Positions 24,501-35,917 of a DNA stretch of 64,000 nucleotides are shown here, piece after piece. Under the pieces are notes generated by a model, which had not been told where the DNA came from, searched no databases, and worked only from the letters and a program-made list of their open reading frames with translations. Source of the DNA: Tubulanus polymorphus (lineage: Eukaryota > Animalia > Nemertea); contig NC_134029.1 in NCBI RefSeq assembly GCF_964204645.1, positions 19,958,950 through 20,022,949 of the forward strand, read 5' to 3'. Every line of letters begins with the position of its first letter. Position 1 is the first letter of the stretch. Made by a program: the position numbers and the translations under genes.

Positions 24501-27500
24501 CGGTTTGAATTGGCGTGCGAAAGCGCCGGGCGAATTTTCGAATCCCGAGATAATAAGCTCTATTAATCGGATTGTTCGAATTGGAATCGATGACCATTCA
24601 GCGGACGTTCGATGACCGCAGGGGTTTCCACTGACCACGTCGTCGCAATGAAAGTCTCTTGTCCATAACAGATCCGCAATGTCGGCTCTCTTAGAAATGT
24701 CGAGATGATAATAGGGTATTGGATATAGGGTTTAATTACTTCTAATTACTGGGATGATGATGATGACGATGATGATGTTATTATTAAACTAGTAGTAATG
24801 CTTTGATTAGAGGCTTGAATACCAGGGTTCCCCGATTTAACCATATGTCATGTAATTGTGTTATTGTTATGATTCTACTAACACTTCAGTTGAAAAAGCT
24901 CACTATAACCAGGACTGCGCTGTTGTTGTAGTAGAGTCCACGTTTCATTATTGCGAAATCGAGCTCTACGGCCTTTGTATTGTGTTTTGAAGAGATAAAA
25001 CATTGACCATAAACACGTGGTTGCGATTCTAATGCGACGTCGTTAAAAAAAGCATTTAAAAATTTGGCAATCGGGGAAAGGTCGATAATCATCCCGTTCT
25101 CATCGCTATTGACAAAAACTAGTCGTGACAAATTTTCAATTTTGAAATACTCTAGTCCTATGTGCACTGGTCCTACGTGTGCTCTGTGAGTTTGTTTACT
25201 ATTATTCGGTTCTTATAGCTACAGACAAAAACTAGTCATTATATAGATGCTCAATTATGACGCTTCGATTTTGAAATACTCTAGTCCTACGTGTACTGGT
25301 CTTGTAGTCCTACTTTTGCTCTGTAAGTTTATTAACTACGTAAAGGTCAATCATTCCGTTCTCATGGCTATGGGCAAAACAAAAACAAAAACTAGTCATA
25401 ACAATTTCTCATTTATGACGCTTCAGTTTTGAAATAGTCTTCTAGTCCTATGTATGTTCTGTAAGTGTATTTACTATGTAAATATTATGTTACATAGGTA
25501 GATAAACACATAATGACTCATCATCCGTAAGTGTAAATATATGTTTGTGATTTTTAATTTTGAGTAATGTAACGGTGTATAAATAACTCTCTGACGTTTA
25601 CATCGCTCTTACGCGCGGTCACCAACCGGAAAAATCACCGTTGAAAAGCGATCAAAAGACGACATTTATTTCTTGAAGTGCAATAATTAGCGCACGCGCG
25701 AGGCTAGTTTTTGAAAGGAAACGTGTTTCTTTTTTGAATTTCGAATTTGCGTTTTACCAGCCATCAGAAATCGTCGTCGGGGAATTTGTGTGGAATTCCC
25801 ATTGCCAATCGGTTTTATCAATTTCGAAGAATCTTAACTTTTCATATCAACTTAGGTATAGATTGTATATATGATTTGATATCATATAACCTTTAGAATA
25901 TTTTTCTTTTTTTTGTAAAAAGTTGTCAATAAAGACAATTGTGGCGCCTTGTATTTCGTAACAACAATAGTTGCGTGTCTCTGGCTGAGGTAATTTGACC
26001 TAATTCAATTGGTTATGAAGCCACCGCCCAGTTATATCTCAATTCATGCGCGTTAATTGGGCCGTTTTCATCGCAGTTGAATAACACATGCGGTCTAACG
26101 TTTTTGACCAGAAACTGACTATGATTCAGCATTTAAAATAAGAATCAGGTTTTTTGGTGGTTAAAATAAGAATCGGGTTTTTCTCGTGTTCGTTGAGGAA
26201 AGTGTGCTATTTTACTGATATTAGAAAGTGACCGTTGATAAGACACTATATCCTTGTTGTGACGATAATATAACGAGAATCCCACGGTAATGAGGAAAAG
26301 ATAAAGTCTGAAAATGTTTCCTCGAGCTGGTTTAGTTTATATACAGTATTCCTGAAGATGACTATTAGTATATAGTCGAAATGTGGAATAAACTACCAGC
26401 TTTTCGGACTCGATTGTTTCGTCTTTATTGTGGGATTCTCGTCATAATATCAGAAAGTGTTAAATATATGACCTTTAGATTTATTTCCGCCTTAGCTTAG
26501 AAACTGAATTTATTTTTTTACGGTAAAAGTAAGAACTTACATTAGACTGGTTTTCGGACAGAGGCCTTAGACCTGTATTTAGTGATATCGTGAAAAAAAG
26601 TTTTAGCCCTAGAAGTGAATATCGTTCTTTTATATCTATTTAGACGTAAGACTTGTTATATTTTTTTGGACGAGAGTTGGATTTACCCCGCACCTAGTAC
26701 TCCTATTCCTATCCTAGAATTCTACCAACTTCCGACGAAATCCGCGTATTTTTCAAACCTATGTTGTACATTTCATCTATCTCTACATTTCATCTGAGAT
26801 GAAACAAATATCATATATTTAAGGCAACCCGAAATATACACTTCTAAGTTACCTAACCGTTTTTTATTTAAAGTCAATGTCTACGCATTGTGGACGTCTA
26901 GATTGTGACTGACAGCGCATTCCGAAGAATTTTTACGAACGACCCGTTGCGGCAGCTGGGGTCTCTCCGCAGTTCAGCAGCTGCGTTTCATTGTTACTCG
27001 ATTCATGAATTTATGAATGAAATTTCGCTGTCGTCATCCGTATTACGAAATTCTAATGCGCAGTTCCGTTCATTCATAAAACGATGTTTCCGAACGGGAA
27101 TAAAGCGATTCCGTATGATTTATATTCGGCGCAAGGTGCGAAATCTTGCCAATTTTGTCATCAACATACGTGGGCACATGCGTAAACGATAAGGATTATA
27201 GATATATTTCATTCAAAATAAGCCTCGACATTTGTGTACAAGTTGTATTACTAACGAAATATATACGATTTTAATTCACTCCCAGTTCGGTCCAAGTTTC
27301 ATATTACAAATAAATTCAATTCAATTTAGATTTATTGCTTCTGAGTTATAACGAATCAGGAGGCAGTTAAAACTCATATGTAAGTCGCAACTGCGGATCC
27401 TTAGACTTATTAGGTAGTAAGGAGTTTGTCTTGAGTTGAAAAACAGTCGAGATATTAACCCTGATCTCGTGAGTGTTTTTGGCCCGGGTCAATCGTTGAT

Positions 27501-30500
27501 ATGGATGCCAAATTTTCCCGTGCTGGTCCGTGCTCGGACCAGAATGGGCCCTGCCAAAAATGTCGTACTATGGCCCGTCAAATTCTAGTACGGGTGAAAT
27601 TAATACGGATGAAAGCTTGCTGATTCCAGAAGTGACCTCGCTTTGTTACAGCATTATTTAATATCGAGTGAGTGGTTTACGTGGGATTGCGCTCTTTAAT
27701 AAGCCACGGGCCAAATTTGACACGCGGTTTGATCGCGGCCAAATCATCTCCGTGTGATCACGGCTATAGGGTGTATTTATCTAAAAGCAGTACAAAGAAA
27801 ATGATAGCATATTGAAACTTCAGGATAATGGACTCCATGATTAATAGGATGTCGCAATATGATTTTGATTCTTGCTGACGAATATTTTTTCTTTGATTCT
27901 GTATTTTTCAGTACGCCGAATTTCCAACGCGCCAACCCAATGTGGGCGTCGACCGGGCGCGAGTTGAGGGAGATGGCCGACGCGTTCGCGAAGACGAAAG
28001 AACGCCAACGCATACGCAACGAAGCGAACGCAGTAAGTGACATTTCTCGGGCGACGTCCGCCGTCGCCGACAACAACAATGTCGTTTTCAGTTTAATCGT
28101 GCACGTCACGCGGCAGTACCTTCTGACGGAAATCATTTCCACGGCGATCGGCATCATCGTTATATCGTATGGAATCATCGCCAACAACGAACAAGACGCG
28201 AGCGCTGCCGCCGCCGCGCGCGTGTCGTCGTCGGACTTGAATTAGTGACCAAAAAGAAATTTGCGGCGGAATTTTCGGGTTAATTTTAGGGCGAAGTTTC
28301 GCGCGCAGACGTCGCCAACTGAAAAGTACATTGTTGAAAAGGCAGCCGGTTTTTATTCCCCGTTCGTTGTGTTGTGTTTGACGACGTTTGTTCGTTTTCA
28401 AAAGATTTTGTCGAGTGCGGAAGTTATTTGGAGGGTGCAATTCTCGATAAAAAGTACTGATTTGAAACGCATGCAGGCGTTCACCGCACTTATAGTAACA
28501 TCAAGTACGTGTACTTAATGCCCGGGTATGCGGTATTCGTAAAACTTTGTTGTGGTTTTCGATAATGACTAAATTATTCAAGAAGTCATTGCGGCATCAT
28601 AATCAGAAATAGAGCGTTCAAACACACTGAAATACCCGTCGAGTTTTAAGGATGTTTTAGCTTCGATGAAATTAAACGAGTTCAGTTTAAGGATGTTTAT
28701 AATAACGCGGTATATAAAAGAGAAAGTTCATTTTGCAACGCGACGAAAAAATGCGCGCCCGACATTCCGACGTTTCGACGGATGTGGAATACGATCAAAT
28801 AGCGTTTCATGAACTTCCGTGAAGTATGATGTATTATTATTTGGTAGGTATTCGCGTGTTGCATTATTGTAGTCTTTTGTTGTGTCCGTAGCGCCGCATA
28901 GTTCGGCGTTTTATCGCGACGAGTATGCGATAAGCCCGACGCGATCTGGCAGGTTTTCTTATAGGAAAAGTGTCGGATAAAAAAAAAATTGCAGATTTTG
29001 TTACAAACGGTTTGGAGAAGAATTCCGAGATATGAAAATGCGCCATTAATTCGACGTAAAAGTTAAGCGAGAATGAAGGAGTTTATCGTTAGATTTTCGG
29101 CGTTCTAGTCAAAGATTATTTATCCGTTTAATTTAAAGTAGAATTAGGGAAAATCGATGAGATATTCACTGTAATGTAAGCCGGATGTAGTTCCATCATC
29201 GGATGTGAAATTGACTCGATATGACTCAAGAGTCGAAATGATTTGATACTTACTCATCAAGACTCTTTAAAAAGAGTTGATTCCTTGGATATTAACTCTT
29301 TTTGACTCGTTAAAAAAGAATTGATTCTGTGGATATTAACACATTTTGACTCTTTGAGAAGAGTTGATTCCATGGATATTGACTCATTTTGACTCTTTTG
29401 AAAAGAGTTGATTCCGTGGATATTAACTTATTTTACTTTTTGACTCGTTAAAAAAGAATTGATTCTGTGGATAATAACTCATTTTGACTCCAAAAAAAAG
29501 TTGATTCCGTGGATATTAACTCATTTTGACTCCTTGAGAGTTGATTCGGCGGAGTCCTGATTAACCAACTGACTCAAAGCTTCCGAAAATGTTGCATTTG
29601 TCGATCATCGTGTTCAGCGCTTTTTTTTTCTTGTATATACATTTAAACTGTTTCGTAGATGGTCGTTTACAAATTTTATATTAAGCGTTTTTCGAAAAAT
29701 AAATGATAAAAGATAAAAGAATATTCGTGACTTTTTTCATGACGAGTCTTACGATTTCGTCGAGTTGAAACGAGTTCGGAAAAACGACGATAAACTCGCC
29801 GGGGAAAACCCCGACGATACGGTATCGGAAACGCTCTGTTTTGCCAAAGCGAGAGGACGTGTACTTGACAATCACTTGTTATTCGCTTGTCATTGATTTA
29901 CTATGAAAACGATGAACGTCGTTTCTCCCGGTAATCCGGGATAAGTTATCGCTGATTTCGTGGTTTAGCCGACAACGGGGGGGGGGGGGTGGTTGGGTCG
30001 GCGGCGCTCACAAATGTAGCTCTATTCAGAATAAGGGAATCGCCTTCTTCCGAGTTTCAGTTCGCGTTTTACCTGTTTTTGCCGGTAAACGCTTTGCCAA
30101 ATGATGAATTGTTGCCGCATCCAGAAAGAGTATCGTAACACGCGTAAGCATTTCTTCGAAAAAAAATGTAAAGCGATCTTCAATATTACATGAATACATA
30201 AACAAGAAAACTAACTCGATAGTTTATGGACGCGTTGACAAAAATAACACGCATTTATCGCCTTATATCATCGATCAATGATATAATACAATATTAAAGA
30301 TCGATGAGGTTATTTCGAATTTGAATATATCGATGATTGAATTGCAATGGCGAGCAACCGTCTAGCCCCGATGTATTGATGACGTAATGTGCGTGGATCC
30401 TCTCAAAAACGGATTATTGAAAAGATATGAAAATTTATCGATTAGAAAATAAGAGTCGTGAAATATGTTTAATTACAAAATGAATACCGGAATTCGCAAA

Positions 30501-33500
30501 TGTGATTTTTATTTTGAAATGTGAATATTGATGTAGTAAGTGCGCATTGACTCACACAGAACCCCCCTTACAAAACGTATACCATAATATCAATGTCTAA
30601 AACACTATTGTGATGTTTTACTTCAAAAGTACCGATTAATATTATCGATTTTTAGTCCTTTCCTTTTATTGTGACCTTCCTTCTGGCTACATTAAGAGGA
30701 AGTGAATGATTTTTAAACTGCTCGTAATATTAGCTACAATGATGGATGACCCCTTATCAACTCCTGGTTTTTCAAATTGCAATTTACGTTTCCCGATTGC
30801 TGACGACTATGAATCGACGTTGTTGTTGTTAAATCGCTCCACGTCATCTAAGGAACAAAACACGCGGTACTTCCTGCTACTGGTCGTTCTATCGAATATT
30901 GGGAAAGACGACTTAATTTCAACCGTTAACCCTTTCAATGCGTCTGCACCGCAGTGCAGTGTATGAATCGGTGATGGATTTTGGTAGTACACCGCACTGC
31001 GGTATATTGATGTCAATAGTAATTAGTTTTTATCCCTATCGAAAGATGGCAGCACCTGTCAAACATAGTGAAATATTAGTAACTAACGATTCACTGCGCC
31101 GCGGTATAGACACAATATAATGGTATACCCGTTATTCATACACGAGGGTGGAATTTTTCAAATATTTCAAATTATCTCCAGCACTATAGGTTATTGATAA
31201 GTCAGCATTGAAACAGTTAATCTGAAAGTTCAAAAGTGGCTGTTCTAAAACTGAAAAAAGTGACTAGTTCATTTATTAGTTTATTCGTGAGGGGGGGTCG
31301 TAGGGGAGGGCTAGAATACAACGTGTTACATTATGACAAAAATGTGACACATGCGAATGAAAGGTCAATCTAATCCAACCAATTCATTGACTGTTGTACA
31401 GATTATACATGTACCAAATAATGAATAATTCATGAGACTGATAGATAGATACTATTAGAAACAAATTACTGAGTCAGTAACAAACGTTACCTACACGATC
31501 ATAAATTATTCATTTACAATAGGATTATTGTCTGCACTTTTACGTCGGTGAGGTTGTTATTTTTTTTTTTTTCTTTAAAAAAAAAGAAGCTTTTCAGACA
31601 TCGGATTAAACGTGTGAAAAATGAAAGTTTCATTTGCACTATGGGGGACTGCCTCATTATCATAATCTAAAAAATGTACTTAAAAAACCAATCCAGGTTG
31701 GGAGAAATGGGAGATTCATTTCGTATGAAAAATTTACATTTTTAGTCTTGGCTTGCTAGCGGGTTGGAAACAATTTTTGATTGGCGCAGTCAATTGCCGA
31801 TTATTGACAGGTTCTAATATTGCCATGGCGAATATATTTCAATTTCGTCAAAACATTCAGTTAACTTTAGCAGTAGCTAGCTGCTACTCCAACGCCACTG
31901 ACTTGTAGGGGGGTTTGGTTTCCTCCCCCAGAAAAAAACCTTGAAAATTTAGGTACATATCTATGCAATTTAAGTGCGTATTAGATCGAGATCTGTACAG
32001 GCCAAAATTCATAAAGTCTATGAACTTTCGGTACAGGGGATAAGAAGCTAGTGGAATTTTCAATAGGGCACTTGGTCGGAAAGTGGGGTTGAACCCCCCT
32101 GAACCGCGGTCGGATCCGCCACTGATTCGCGCGTGGAATTTCAACACTAGGTATTTTTCCATTCGATCTTAATTCGGTATTTAAACCTTGTAATCGATTA
32201 AAACTTCAAACCGGCAGCTGTAATAAAACTGGCTGTTGAAGTACCACATGATTGCGTTATGGGGACTGCCCTGTAAGTGAATGTAGTCGCCGATAGTGAA
32301 GTGGTTATTTCGTCATCATGTCTTCTATTCAAGGCTTTCATAGAGCGTGTATACATTGAAACAAAAAACCTTCACTGAAGTAAAATACTAGTTCTCTGTG
32401 TCTCTGCTTTTTATGTTTACGTATAGATCTTTAGCAAAGCTATTTTCTGTCCTATTCTCGAAGAATGGTCGACGTCGGAAATCCGGAACAGAGCAAAAGA
32501 GTAACGAGCGAACTATCAGTTTGGAATACCAAAACTGGACTGATTTATTTTTACACACAAACTATTTATATACATTGAGATACGAGACAGGTGGAATACG
32601 GAAAATGATACAAAAACAACGAAGGTGACGAGTAGTGACACGACAGTGAGACAAACAACAATTAACACATTCTGACACAGACAAACAGTCTCAGAAGACA
32701 ATGAGTAATAAGATGGAGACATAAAACAATAAAGAAATACGAAATATAGATGAAATATGTATAACAATTATCAGTGATATTTAGTGTTGTTAAAAATCCA
32801 CCCTGTTTGTAATCTACAGTAATTTATTGTATAGTAGTTATTATCCTCTAGATATGACTAATTACAATACACTGTACAAGTCAAAATGACTCAACTAAAT
32901 TTGTTTCCATTCATGTTTGTTTTCGACGGGGAGAACAGCTGATCCAATCATCGGAATACTATCGGTCCCGGGCAATTGTCATGTTATGTAAATTGTTTAA
33001 TCTCGAAATAAATAAACCATTTATCAAATAGAATTTATATAGATTGAACATGAATGTGAATCTAGGATCATTAGGTTTGATAAGGTTCAACTGTTTAACT
33101 ATAGGTGTGGTGTGGTCTGTGGGTTTTATTGAGAAAATTAATTTCTACTCATTCAAATCTAACTGGAGAAGTCTTCCGAAATCCCTAGTTGTTTAAACGA
33201 ATGACTTGCGTTTGCCGAGTTTGTAATACTAGGTATGACTACGCACCCAACTCATCATCCTGCTGGCTACACCCCAGGGTGGGGTCGAAATTGCTCAAAA
33301 TCGGAAAATCAGGGACCATTAAAAAAGCCCGAGGCACACGTGGCAGGGAAACGCAGAAACCTTGTTTCTGAGCGTTTCCCTGTAGTTGTGTTTACGAGAT
33401 ACAAGAAACATGGTTTCTGGAAACCATTTCCGAGATCAGATATGATTCCGTGTTCGATTGCGTTGTACGGGTCGGGCTTTATGAGCGACTCAAATCCATT

Positions 33501-35917
33501 ATTTACCATAAAACTGAAAGAACGAAATAATTGTTTTGACTAGATTAATAAACTAAGTCGCTTTCGTCTGCTATCCAAGCATAATTCAGATGGACACCTG
33601 TTTTTTAAGGAAACAATTTTCGAAAAAAACAGATTAGAGATAAAATATTCTCATTAGTGAATCAAAATTGTCTTTATTTATCTATTTGATTAATTTACCG
33701 TATTTGGTGCCTTATTCGATAACGACTTTGGATGTTTAGACCTGTCTTTTGTGAAAATATAATTTTTGTCGAAAGATTACACGAGAATAAACGTTCTTTT
33801 TAGCGAATCCAAAACATATTTCGTTAAGAATAGTTTTCGAACTATATTTTCAGGTCGGCAGTAACATCTCGTTCAAGCAATTCCAAGACATGTTGACGGA
33901 GCTGTTCTTCAACGGCGGCGTCACGAAGGAGCGAATAATGGTGTTGTTTTTCTTCTGCTCGGACCTGGCGATACGTATGCTTCGCGAGAAGGCGATCGAC
34001 TATTTCAAGAAGTTCATCGACTGGTCGCTGCGTTACATCACCGAGTGCGTGTGTCAGTGGGTCAGGGAGCACGGCGGATGGGTGAGTTTTGTTAATTGAT
34101 TTTCATTCGCCATTTTGTCCAGTTTCGATATCCACGATCATACGGGGACGATTAGACCCGGGCCCGATTGGCACGGATCAGGTTCAAGCCAAATTTAGCC
34201 CGTGCCTGATTAGAGAGCGCGTTCACGCCGTGAACCATTCACTCGATAGTAAACAATGAAGTGAATCATTTCCGGTAATAGTTGCGATTCAAACGCAATT
34301 ATTTGTCTCGTGCTAAATTTTGGCGCGGGTCTGGTCCGACGTTTTCGGTCGGGCCTAATTTGGCCCCGGCCAAAAAACGATTGTGTGATCGTGGCTATAT
34401 AATTTCAAATTTTATGAATATGTAGAAAACGTCTGTTCGAAATTTTTTCCAATCTTTAAGCCTGCATTGCAGGAGGGTATGATTAGACAAGTGCACTATA
34501 TGGAATATATAAAGACAAACTCCGTATCATTAACGGAAAAGTCTAAAATATTTTCTTCGCTTAATAGCTTATTCAACTTTCAATAATTTAATCAATAGTT
34601 TATTCAGCAATTAAAACTGAAGATGACTGTTGGGATCTAGTAGAAATGTTGAACGATACTATTAACAAGGAAACACTTTGGACTTTATTTTTTCATCATT
34701 AGTATGAGATTTTCGGTATATTGCCACTATACAATGTTTCATTAGTAGTTAACAAGTGGACTCAATACTCACTGTTGGTGATCTATGAATTTAGGATTGG
34801 AAACGCGGCAATAGTTAGATTTTCCAAGTTTTAGAAATATTGTGTGCCTTTTGGTTGTTACGTCGCTATCTCAGATCTAGAACTCTTGAACGGCTCGCTC
34901 TCCGGAGAATATATATTGAACGATTTTTCGTGGAAAAATCTCGAAACTTGAAGCGGCTAGATGTAGTTATTTATGAACGGCCCTTGAGAGAACATGACAT
35001 ATTTTTTATTACCGTTTTTAATATCGATAGCCGTACAACCTTCCGCTGGAAGAATCTGCGATTGTTTGCGATACACGTGTGTTGATTCGATTGCTTAATA
35101 GCGTTTAACAACGTTTACGAGCGAGTGAAAAGATGCTCAACCAGCTGTTTAATGGGCGTCGTTCATCTCGATTATCATCCAGTTCCGATGACTGTCGGTG
35201 CTCTTCAGATACACCTGTTTTGACCTGAAACCAGATAGAAAACGATCGTTGAGATGACAGGACAACTGCAGCTGTACACCTGTCGAAATATTGGAAAGGA
35301 TGTCGGGTCACAAAAATGTTTTATTGTATATTGTACAATGTATGTACATATATAAGCCGCGATCACACTGACACAATTTGGCCCCGGCCCAATTTGGACG
35401 GATCAGGCTCGGGCCAAATTTGGCCCATGCCTAATTAGAGAATGCGTTCACACGCAAACCATTCATTTGATACTAAACAAAGCGAAATGGATCATTTCCG
35501 GAACCAGCTGGAATTCAAACGCAATCATTTGTCTGGTGCTAAAATTTGGTCCGACGTTTTTGGTGGGGCCAAATAGGCTCAGGCCCATTTGGCACCCGTG
35601 TGAACAGTTGTTCTGGGCCAAAAATGCCCGTGTGATCGCGGCTATAATTGATGACGTGTTATATTATCATATTCGAAAAGAGAATTCGTTGAAACTAAAA
35701 TGTTATGGACGATTCTTAGAATCCAGAGCAAAGCATATTTTTTCAAGACGAACAGATGCGAGATTTCTTAGATGTTTGATTCGAAACGTTTTTTTATTCT
35801 TTTCAGGGAGCGGTGCTTTCCAGCGGCATGCAGGTCGCCACGAAGATCGGCATAATGGTAGTGCTCGGCGTTTGTTCGATCGCGATGTTCCAGTGGATGA
35901 GTAGGCGAATATCGTAA
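21572..35917 (+). CDS. Bcl-2 family protein, Bax-like, 4 exons, 247 aa
   Basis: Exons 21572-21855, 27912-28032, 33854-34081, 35807-35917 (744 nt in frame). Helix-1 EGRELFGNFLREEI, BH3 GRELREMADAF, BH1 ELFFNGGVTKERIMVLFFF, BH2 WVREHGGW followed by the family-typical phase-0 intron, C-terminal anchor IGIMVVLGVCSIAMFQWMSRRIS*. Confidence 0.88.
22001..22163 (-). mobile_element. Short fold-back element carrying a minimal type I hammerhead ribozyme core
   Basis: Terminal IR TAATGAGAGGAATCC / GGATTCCTCTTGTTA (13/15). Minus strand 22107-22074 reads CTGATGA-T-GGCTAA-TAGCAT-TTAGCT-GAAA-CG-TT. Confidence 0.6.
22978..23209. mobile_element. Degenerate hAT-like MITE (AGGGGCG..TC terminus)
   Basis: AGGGGGCGATCAAAGGGT ... 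ACCCTAGATGCGCCCCTG with subterminal GGGGGTGCA/TGCACCCC; similar-style elements at ~31890-32124 and ~46670-46920. Confidence 0.4.
25095..25480. repeat. Degenerate tandem repeat, 3 copies (~115-160 bp)
   Basis: AAAAACTAGTC at ~25114, ~25227, ~25387 and TTTTGAAATA(C)TCTAGTCCTA at ~25140, ~25269, ~25427. Confidence 0.7.
26271..26444 (+). mobile_element. Short fold-back element with degenerate hammerhead core at its apex
   Basis: Terminal IR TAACGAGAATCCCAC / GTGGGATTCTCGTCA (14/15); 26347-26390 TATTC-CTGAAGA-T-GACTAT-TAGTAT-ATAGTC-GAAA-TG-TG-GAATA. Confidence 0.6.
27458..27764. mobile_element. PIF/Harbinger-like MITE, degenerate copy
   Basis: Right end GTGTGATCACGGC-TA; internal GGCCC/GGGCCAAATTT motifs shared with 34131-34395, 35356-35642, 39758-39958. 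Confidence 0.55.
29255..29545. repeat. ~43-bp minisatellite, 6-7 copies
   Basis: Unit TTGACTC...AAAAAGAGTTGATTCCGTGGATATTAACTCATT recurring at ~43-50 bp spacing. Confidence 0.85.
30930..31216. mobile_element. piggyBac-type MITE, inverted relative to 13728-14008
   Basis: TTAA-CCCTTTCAATGC ... GCATTGAAACAG-TTAA; internal sequence is the reverse complement of the 13728 copy. Confidence 0.8.
34131..34395. mobile_element. PIF/Harbinger-like MITE
   Basis: TCCACGATCATAC ... GTGTGATCGTGGC; colinear with 35356-35642. Confidence 0.7.
34510..34720 (+). mobile_element. Third, more decayed fold-back/hammerhead element
   Basis: Arms AAAAGTCTAAAATATTTTCTTCGCTTAATAG vs CTATTAACAAGGAAACACTTTGGACTTTA; core 34617-34650 CTGAAGA-T-GACTG-TTGGGATC-TAGTA-GAAA-TG-TT; arm similar to 26271 copy. 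Confidence 0.5.
35356..35642. mobile_element. PIF/Harbinger-like MITE with perfect 13-bp TIR GCCGCGATCACAC
   Basis: TAA-GCCGCGATCACAC ... GTGTGATCGCGGC-TAT. Confidence 0.8.

Noticed and set aside
24300-24638. Three overlapping ORFs in Bax-like intron 1
   Set aside because: No recognisable domain or phase-compatible splice sites; more likely a CpG-rich non-coding segment.
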